Below, piece after piece: positions 57,156-64,000 of a stretch of DNA of 64,000 nt. Every line of letters begins with the position of its first letter. Positions within the stretch are counted from its first letter, which is position 1. A program made the position numbers and the translations under genes. The DNA comes from Candidatus Krumholzibacteriota bacterium (GTDB taxonomy: Bacteria > Krumholzibacteriota > Krumholzibacteriia > JAJRXK01): NCBI GenBank assembly GCA_963806035.1, contig CAWDWO010000009.1:28507-92506 (forward strand), read 5' to 3'. The notes under the pieces are model-generated. The model saw only the letters and a program-made list of their open reading frames with translations. It made no database searches and was not told the origin of the DNA.

Positions 57156-58853
57156 TTGAAGTCCATGATCGGCGCTGCACTGCTCTTCGCTCTCGGCGCG
57201 AGCGCGGTGCTGGGCCCCGCCACGAAAGCCCGCGCAAGGGCCGCGCAGGCTGCGGATCAGACCACCATGTCCGCGCCGGCGCCCGACGATACGGTCCTGA
57301 CGGCCAAGGCCGCCGCGACCGTGCTCGAGCAACCCGACTCCACTCTGGCCATGGCCGTCCGTCAGTTGCCGGGAGAACCCCTGGGTCTGGCAACGGCGAT
57401 CGATGAGGCGCTGCAGGGCGACACCGCGGTTCGTCTGGCCAAAGCGGAACTCATGGCCGCCAGAGGCAGCGAAAGGCGCGAGAGTGGCGCGTTTTCTCCC
57501 GAGCTGTATGGCGAGGCAGAGCGCGTCGGGGACCATCAGCCCTCGGCTTCCTTCTTCTCGGGCGCCGACGTGTTGGAAACCGATCTCACCCGCGCTGAGT
57601 TGGGGGCGCGAGTGCGCCTCCCTCTGGGGACCGAGCTGTCCGCTTCCCTGAACACCACGCGCACCACCACGAATTCCGACTTCGCGACCATCTCCCCGCA
57701 GTACGACTCCTTCGGGCAGCTTCAGCTCACACAGCCCCTGCTCAAGGGCTTCGGTCCGGCGGCCAAGGGCGAGCGCGACGCGGCCGAGGCCGACCGTCGC
57801 GGCGCCGAGGCAAGCTACGCCGACGCGCGCCTCGCCGCGCAGGCTGCAGTGGAAACAACGTACTGGGCACTCTACGCCGCGGAATTGGACTTCGCGGTAC
57901 AAACTCTGGTTCGCGATCGCGCGGCCAGCTTTCTGGATCAGGTGCGCCTTCGTACGAAGGCCGGGCTGGCCGGTCCCGCCGAGGAAGCCAACGCGGAAGT
58001 CTTCCTTGCGAGTCAGGAGCAAACCGTACTCGACAGCGAGGATAATCTCGATCTTCTGTCGGATCGCCTCGCCGTGCTCATGGGCCGGCGTCCCAACGCG
58101 GATGGGCGCTTTCACCCGGTGGATCGACCCAGTTCGAGCGCTCCAGAGATCGATGTGAGCGAGCTGGTGAATCTGGTCATGGCGCGCAGCGAACAGGTGG
58201 CGGCCGCGCAACGCAATCTGGACGCCGCGAAAGCGCGGGCGAAGAGCGCGCACTGGAACTCACTGCCCCAACTCGATCTGGTGGGCAAATTGGGCGGGCG
58301 CGGACTTGCCGGTACCGGGCGCGACATCGAATTGGATTTCGGGGGTACGCCCACGACCTACTCCAACCCTCTGCGGACCGGCCTCGGTGACAGCTTCGAC
58401 CAGGTGTTTCACCGGGATTTCCCCTACTGGAGCCTGGGCATGGTCTTCAACCTTCCCATCGGCGGAGGCAGTGATGCCGGGGAAAGCGACCGCTTGCAGG
58501 CGGAAGTCGAACGGGCGGAACAGGACCTGGAGCGGGTTCGTCGCAGTCTGGATGAAAGCGTGCGCGCCCAATATCGGGAACTCGCGCGTGCACACAAGCG
58601 CATCGGATTTGCCGTGCGCGGAGTCAACGCGTCCTTGGAGCAAGTGCGCATAGGAACTCTGCAGTACAAGAACGGACGCACCACCGCTTTCGAGCTGGTG
58701 CGCTTGGCGGCCGATCTCGCGGACGCGCAACGACGTTACTCTCAAGCTCTCATTCGTTCGGCGAGCGCGGCAGCAACTCTGCGCCGTCTCACTGCCGGAG
58801 CGTACCCGAACTCGGGTCCCGCTGGTGACATTCTGAAGGAGACCACTCCGTGA
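57156..58853 (+). CDS. TolC-family outer-membrane efflux protein
   Basis: Signal peptide; 'LTQPLLKGFG', 'VETTYWAL', 'LPQLDL', 'YKNGRTTAFEL'; upstream of MFP/RND. Confidence 0.9.
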   Translation: MKSMIGAALLFALGASAVLGPATKARARAAQAADQTTMSAPAPDDTVLTAKAAATVLEQPDSTLAMAVRQLPGEPLGLATAIDEALQGDTAVRLAKAELMAARGSERRESGAFSPELYGEAERVGDHQPSASFFSGADVLETDLTRAELGARVRLPLGTELSASLNTTRTTTNSDFATISPQYDSFGQLQLTQPLLKGFGPAAKGERDAAEADRRGAEASYADARLAAQAAVETTYWALYAAELDFAVQTLVRDRAASFLDQVRLRTKAGLAGPAEEANAEVFLASQEQTVLDSEDNLDLLSDRLAVLMGRRPNADGRFHPVDRPSSSAPEIDVSELVNLVMARSEQVAAAQRNLDAAKARAKSAHWNSLPQLDLVGKLGGRGLAGTGRDIELDFGGTPTTYSNPLRTGLGDSFDQVFHRDFPYWSLGMVFNLPIGGGSDAGESDRLQAEVERAEQDLERVRRSLDESVRAQYRELARAHKRIGFAVRGVNASLEQVRIGTLQYKNGRTTAFELVRLAADLADAQRRYSQALIRSASAAATLRRLTAGAYPNSGPAGDILKETTP

Positions 58854-59950
58854 AGAGTTTCTCTCACTCCATGATGCAGAGACCCGGCGCCGTTTTGTCC
58901 GTTTGGACCTGCGCCACGCTCGTCCTCTCGCTCTCACTGCTCCTCTCCGCCTGTGGTGGCAAAAAGAGCCAGGGCGGCTTCGGCGGATTCGCCGTCCCGG
59001 TGGAAATCGCCACCGTAAAGCAAGGGCCCATCGAGGATCGCTTCGCCATCGTCGGGTCGCTTGAAGCGAGCGAGTCCATCGCCGTCGTCTCTGAAATCGA
59101 CGGTATGGTGGACGCGCTTCCCTTCAAGGAGGGTCAGAAGGTGGCGGCCGGTGCTCTGCTCGTTCGTCTGGACGACGAGGAACTCTCGGCGGAGGTGGCG
59201 CGGGCCGAAGCGGTGTGCGCCCAAGAGGAGGCAACCTACGAGCGCACTCGCAACGTGGTGGATCAGGGTGCCGGCGCGCCCCAGGATCTCGATGATGCCG
59301 CCGCGGACCTCAAGGTGGCCAAGGCCGAACTCAAGCTCGCGCGAGCACGCTTGTCCAAGACCAAGATCAGGGCCAGATTTCCCGGAATTACCGGGACGCG
59401 CAGCGTGAGCGTCGGCGCTTTCGTGCGCGCGGGAACCCAGATCACCACTCTCACACGCATCGATGAGCTGCGAGTGAACTTCACCGTTCCCGAGAAGCTC
59501 CTGCCCCAGATGCAGCGCGGCTCCACCGTCACCGTGACCACCACTGCGTATCCCGACCGTTCCCTGAGCGGAGTGATCGACATCATCGATCCGGTTCTCG
59601 ATCCCGACACGCGGAGCGCACGCATCGTGGCTTTGGTCAAGAATCCCGATGACCTGCTGCGGCCCGGAATGTCCGCCGACGTGGCAGTCGTGCTTCACGC
59701 GCGCGAAAACGCCATTACCATCCCCAGCGAGGCAGTGGTGCTGCAGAGCGGCCAGAACATGGTCTATGTAGTCCAGCCCGACAGTACCGTGAGTCCCCGG
59801 CCGGTAACTCTGGGGCTCCGCCAGGAGGCCAGGGTGGAGATCGTGAAAGGTCTCGAGGCCGGCGAACGCGTCGTAAAGGCCGGGCACCAGAAATTGTATC
59901 CCGGCGCCAAAGTATCGCCCATCGAGGAGCAAACTCGTGAAGCTGAGTGA
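58850..59950 (+). CDS. RND efflux membrane-fusion (adaptor) lipoprotein
   Basis: Lipobox 'LSAC'; 'FKEGQKV..G.LLV.LD', 'LRPGM', 'GLEAGERVV..G'. Confidence 0.92.
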   Translation: MKSFSHSMMQRPGAVLSVWTCATLVLSLSLLLSACGGKKSQGGFGGFAVPVEIATVKQGPIEDRFAIVGSLEASESIAVVSEIDGMVDALPFKEGQKVAAGALLVRLDDEELSAEVARAEAVCAQEEATYERTRNVVDQGAGAPQDLDDAAADLKVAKAELKLARARLSKTKIRARFPGITGTRSVSVGAFVRAGTQITTLTRIDELRVNFTVPEKLLPQMQRGSTVTVTTTAYPDRSLSGVIDIIDPVLDPDTRSARIVALVKNPDDLLRPGMSADVAVVLHARENAITIPSEAVVLQSGQNMVYVVQPDSTVSPRPVTLGLRQEARVEIVKGLEAGERVVKAGHQKLYPGAKVSPIEEQTREAE

Positions 59951-62900
59951 AGCAAGCATCCAGCGACCGGTTTTCTCCACCGTGATGAGCTTGGCCCTGA
60001 TTCTGCTCGGGATCATCGGCTTCACCCGCTTGCCGGTGCGTGAATACCCCGATGTCGATCCCCCGGTCGTTTCCGTCACGACCTTTTATCGCGGAGCAAG
60101 TCCCAATGTAGTGGAAACCGAGATCACCGACGTACTCGAGGAGCAGTTCTCGACCATCGAAGGCGTGAAATCCATTACCAGCTCCAGCCAGGAGCAGGGC
60201 TCGGTCATTACCATCGAATTCGAATTGAACCGAAAGGTCGACGTCGCGGCCAATGACGTTCGCGACCGGGTTTCACGCGTTCGCGGCGAACTGCCGCGCG
60301 AGGCGGACGATCCGGTGGTGGCCAAGGTCGACGTGAACGCTCAGCCCATCGTGTGGCTCGCCTTCAGCAGTCCGACGCATTCGACTCTCGAGCTATCGGA
60401 CATCGCCGATCGCATCCTGAAAGAACGCCTGCAGCGTCTCAGCGGGGTCGGTTCGGTCTTCATCGGCGGTGAGCGGCGCTACTCCATGAGAGTCTGGCTC
60501 GATCCTCAGGCCATGGCCGCGCGCGGATTGACCGTGCAGGATGTGGAAGGCGCCATTCGCCGCGAGAATGCCGAGATCCCGGGCGGACGCGTGGAGGGCA
60601 GCGAGCGGGAATTCGCCGTTCGTACCAGGGGCGAGCTTCAAGAACCCGAGCAGTTCGCTGCCATCATCGTCTCGCAGCAGGGCAACGACACCGTGCGACT
60701 CAAAGACGTCGCGAAGGTCGAAGTGGGGCCGGAGGATGATCGCACGATCACCCGATTCAACGGGGACCCGGCGATCGGACTGGGCATCGTCAAGCAGAAA
60801 GATGCCAGCACCGTCGCGGTAGCGGAAGTGGTGCGCAACGAACTTCCCGCGCTGCGGAAGCTGGTTCCGAACGACACGAAGATCCAGGTTGCTTACGACT
60901 CCTCCACCTTCATCGAGGACTCCATCCACGAAGTGACCAAGACCCTTCTGCTCGCTACCGCGCTGGTGGTTCTGGTCGTTTTGGTCTTCCTGAAGAGTTT
61001 TCGCGCGACCATCATTCCCATCGTGGCCATTCCCATCGCGATCATCGGGTCGTTCACCGTCGCCTTCATTTTGGGCTTCAGCATCAACATCATCACTCTC
61101 TTGGCATTGGTTTTGGCCATCGGCTTGGTGGTGGACGACGCCATCGTCGTGCTCGAGAACAGCTTCCGGCACCTGGAAATGGGGAAGGACCGCTTGATCG
61201 CGGCGCGTGACGGTGTGAACGAGATCGCTTTCGCAGTCATCGCAACCACGGTGGCCCTGGTGACGGTTTTCGTTCCGGTGGCCTTTCTCACCGGTACGGT
61301 GGGCCGACTGTTCCGCGAGTTCGGAATCATGCTGGCATTTTCCGTTCTGATCAGCTCTTTCGTGGCTCTCACCCTGACGCCCACGCTCTGCTCCTTGATT
61401 CTGCGCAAGCGGGACGAAAACAAGAAGCTCAGCTGGGCGGAGCGTTCTTTCGAGGCGTTCTTCAAGGGGCTGGATCGCGCCTACGATGCCACGCTGCGGT
61501 TTTCACTGAGGCACCGGGCGGGGCTTCTTGTCGCCACCGTGCTGATCGTGGTAGCGACGGCCTGGATTTACCGGCAGCTACCGCGCGAACTCGTGCCGGT
61601 GGAAGACCGTGGAACCGCGTTCGGTGTGGTCCTGGCTCCCGAGGGAGCCACCCTCGACTACACCAATCGCTATCAACAACAGATTGAAGACATTCTTCTC
61701 AAGCTCCCCGAGCGCCAGGGACTGTTCAGCGCGATCGGCCTGGGCTTCAGTGGCCCCGGCCGCGTGACCAACGGCTTCATCTTCCTCAACCTGAAACCGC
61801 GCAGCGAAAGGAAGCGTTCGCAGCAGGAGATCGTGGCGTCCCTCTTCCCGCGTCTGATGGCAATTCCCGGAGTCCTGGCCTTCGTCATCAATCCGCCCAG
61901 CCTGGGAGGGCGCTTCAGCAGCAGTGCCATCGAATACGTGCTCGAGGCGGATAGCTACGAGGAGCTGGCCAAAGCGGTGCCCATCATGATGAGCAAGGCC
62001 AACCAGCTGGGCTACCTGCTGAACCTCGATAGCGACCTGCGCCTGAACAAGCCCCAGCTCGACGTCAACATTGACCGCGATCGCGCCTCGGCCCTGGGAG
62101 TGTCCGTCACCGACATCGGGAGCACCCTGGAGACTTTCCTGGGCGGCCGCGTGGTGGGCGAATTCAAGCGTGGCAGCAAGAAGTACGACGTAATCGCGCA
62201 GCTCAAGCCTTCGGGCCGATCGACCCCCGACATCATCCGCGAGCTGTACATGCGGGCGGAGAGCGGCAAGCTGGTCCAGCTGACCAATCTCGTGCACGTC
62301 AAAGAGACGGCCGCGCCGAAAGAACTGAACCACTACAACCGCGTGAGGTCAGCCACCATCACCGCGAATCTCGCTCCGGGCGCCGATCTGGGCCGCGCGT
62401 TGGATGACCTGGACAGCATCGCCCGTAACGATCTCCCGGCCGGCATTCAGCGCGAACTCGCCGGCCAGTCGCGCGAGTACCGCGAATCCAGCGGCACCTT
62501 GGTCTTCATGTTCCTCTTGGCGATCATCTTCATCTACCTCGTGCTGGCCGCGCAGTTCGAGAGCTTCACCCATCCCCTGGTGATTCTGCTCTCGGTGCCT
62601 CTGGCCGTGGTGGGAGCCATCGTCTCGCTGTTCATCTTCGGACAGAGCATGAACATCTACTCGCAGATCGGTCTGGTGATGCTCATCGGCCTGGTGACCA
62701 AGAACGCGATTCTCATTGTGGAATTCAGCAATCAGCTGCGCACGCGGGGACGAAGCATCATGGACGCGGTGCAAGAGGCCTCGCGCATTCGTTTGCGCCC
62801 CATTCTGATGACCTCGTTCTCCACCGTATTCGGCATCCTACCCATCGCGATTGGACTGGGGGCGGGGGCGGAATCACGCCGGCCGCTGGGCATCGCCATC

Positions 62901-63056
62901 GTGGGCGGGGTGCTCTTCTCCACTTTCCTCACCCTGCTGCTGGTACCGGTGGTCTATACTCTGCTGGCGAGATTCACCCCTGCGCAGCAGGTACGGCAGT
63001 TCGGAGACGAGTCGCCTGAGTCGACGGGGGGAGCTCTGCAAGAGACCACGATCTGA
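59937..63056 (+). CDS. RND (AcrB/HAE1-like) efflux transporter permease
   Basis: 'IQRPVF', 'LAIGLVVDDAIVVLEN', 'GLVTKNAILIVEF', 'RLRPILMT'. Confidence 0.95.
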   Translation: MKLSEASIQRPVFSTVMSLALILLGIIGFTRLPVREYPDVDPPVVSVTTFYRGASPNVVETEITDVLEEQFSTIEGVKSITSSSQEQGSVITIEFELNRKVDVAANDVRDRVSRVRGELPREADDPVVAKVDVNAQPIVWLAFSSPTHSTLELSDIADRILKERLQRLSGVGSVFIGGERRYSMRVWLDPQAMAARGLTVQDVEGAIRRENAEIPGGRVEGSEREFAVRTRGELQEPEQFAAIIVSQQGNDTVRLKDVAKVEVGPEDDRTITRFNGDPAIGLGIVKQKDASTVAVAEVVRNELPALRKLVPNDTKIQVAYDSSTFIEDSIHEVTKTLLLATALVVLVVLVFLKSFRATIIPIVAIPIAIIGSFTVAFILGFSINIITLLALVLAIGLVVDDAIVVLENSFRHLEMGKDRLIAARDGVNEIAFAVIATTVALVTVFVPVAFLTGTVGRLFREFGIMLAFSVLISSFVALTLTPTLCSLILRKRDENKKLSWAERSFEAFFKGLDRAYDATLRFSLRHRAGLLVATVLIVVATAWIYRQLPRELVPVEDRGTAFGVVLAPEGATLDYTNRYQQQIEDILLKLPERQGLFSAIGLGFSGPGRVTNGFIFLNLKPRSERKRSQQEIVASLFPRLMAIPGVLAFVINPPSLGGRFSSSAIEYVLEADSYEELAKAVPIMMSKANQLGYLLNLDSDLRLNKPQLDVNIDRDRASALGVSVTDIGSTLETFLGGRVVGEFKRGSKKYDVIAQLKPSGRSTPDIIRELYMRAESGKLVQLTNLVHVKETAAPKELNHYNRVRSATITANLAPGADLGRALDDLDSIARNDLPAGIQRELAGQSREYRESSGTLVFMFLLAIIFIYLVLAAQFESFTHPLVILLSVPLAVVGAIVSLFIFGQSMNIYSQIGLVMLIGLVTKNAILIVEFSNQLRTRGRSIMDAVQEASRIRLRPILMTSFSTVFGILPIAIGLGAGAESRRPLGIAIVGGVLFSTFLTLLLVPVVYTLLARFTPAQQVRQFGDESPESTGGALQETTI

Positions 63057-63063
63057 GGCGGGG

Positions 63064-63519
63064 ATGATGAATCCACTGAACTTGGCGCCTCGTATGAAGG
63101 GCGTGGCCCGCGCCCTGGCCGGTGGGCTCTTGCTGGCTTTGCTCGGCGGATGCACCGTGGTGGGCTTCACCGCGGGTGCCGTCTCAGATGGCCGCGACTA
63201 CGTGTACGAGAGGGTCGAGCCCGATTCGCTACGGAGTTTGCAGGCGGGGGACCGGGTCAAGATCCGACCCCGGGGGCGCGAACTCTACCGCTGGAGCGTC
63301 GTCTTCGATCGCTACGATCCCGCTAGCGACACTCTCCATCTGCACGAGGGCGACAGGACGCTGCAGTTTCGACGGGACGAAGTTCTGGAGCTCTCCAAGC
63401 GCGTCCCCAAGACACGCTCTACTCACTACAAGTGGCTGGGTTTGGGATTCGGACTGGCGGTGGACACCGCGCTTCTCATCGCCATCGCGAGCAGTGGCGG
63501 CCCCGTACACACCTACTAG
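63064..63519 (+). CDS. Hypothetical lipoprotein with C-terminal TM segment
   Basis: Lipobox 'LGGC'; C-terminal hydrophobic stretch; follows the RND gene by 7 nt. Confidence 0.6.
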   Translation: MMNPLNLAPRMKGVARALAGGLLLALLGGCTVVGFTAGAVSDGRDYVYERVEPDSLRSLQAGDRVKIRPRGRELYRWSVVFDRYDPASDTLHLHEGDRTLQFRRDEVLELSKRVPKTRSTHYKWLGLGFGLAVDTALLIAIASSGGPVHTY

Positions 63520-63591
63520 CGAGACTCGGTCCGGTGGGATCTCAGTTTGCGAGATTGGTGCTGGCGTGCTTTGAGGCGAACGGCCCCGCGT

Positions 63592-63957
63592 TCACTTGAC
63601 GGCCATGCTCTTGAGTTCGGCCAGGTCGACGAATTCCAGTGCCGAGATGTGAGTGGCTTCGAGATAGACGGGCGGCGCCACGCCGGCGCGCAGAGCCTGC
63701 TTCCAGCGCTGCACGCACAGGCACCAGCGATCCCCGGGTTTGAGGCCCGGGAAGCCCAGCTGCGGCATGGGGGTGATGAGGTCGTTGCCGTGGATGAAGC
63801 TGAAGTGCAGGAACTCCTCGGTCATTACCGCACACACCAGGTGCAAACCGTAGTCGTCGCCGCCGGTCTCGCAGCAGCCGTTCCGGTAGAAACCGGTCAT
63901 TGGGTCGCGGCCGCATTCCTCGAGCTCGGTTCCGAGTACGTTCATGGGGCGGCTCAT
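63592..63957 (-). CDS. DUF2237 family protein
   Basis: 'NVLGTELEEC..DPMTGFYRNGCC...GNDLITP...FPGLKPGDRWCLC..RW..A...APPV.LEATH'. Confidence 0.9.
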   Translation of the reverse strand: MSRPMNVLGTELEECGRDPMTGFYRNGCCETGGDDYGLHLVCAVMTEEFLHFSFIHGNDLITPMPQLGFPGLKPGDRWCLCVQRWKQALRAGVAPPVYLEATHISALEFVDLAELKSMAVK

Positions 63958-64000
63958 GGCAGGTGATTCTCCAAGGGTTCTTGCCCGCGGCGGGGGATTC

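Overview
GC-rich bacterial chromosomal window, densely coded, about 48 credible CDSs. I found no rRNA, tRNA, CRISPR array, integrase or transposase. A secreted protease with an 'N-x-P-N-P-F-N-P' FlgD-Ig/T9SS-like tail suggests an FCB-related candidate phylum such as Krumholzibacteriota, Eisenbacteria or Latescibacterota; this is inference only. From the left: an Mre11/Rad50-like (YhaO/YhaN-type) pair, an AGCS amino-acid symporter, a frameshifted DUF5916/CBM9-like gene behind a phosphodiesterase-TPR fusion, an APH-like kinase, a Tat amidase, an orphan DPPY methyltransferase with a Nudix hydrolase, and a beta-helix lipoprotein. The centre holds an 11-subunit complex I operon (nuoABCDHIJKLMN, no nuoEFG), ArsR-DUF2087, rlmH, a 2Fe-2S ferredoxin, and a family-5 solute-binding protein coupled to a hybrid histidine kinase and a lone receiver with no permease. 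The right half holds a queuosine-precursor transporter, a DPP-III peptidase, several RNA methyltransferases, a MORN-repeat/GT-C-like membrane fusion, a small partner gene with a PA-domain metalloprotease, an HDAC with a possible GNAT-like C-terminal domain, an orphan basic exported protein behind a full sigma54/IHF/UAS promoter, sppA-patatin, and a TolC-MFP-RND efflux operon. Best novelty candidates: the permease-less SBP-HK-REC sensor, the HDAC + GNAT-like fusion, and the sigma54-controlled orphan. All product calls come from motif recognition by eye; no searches were run.
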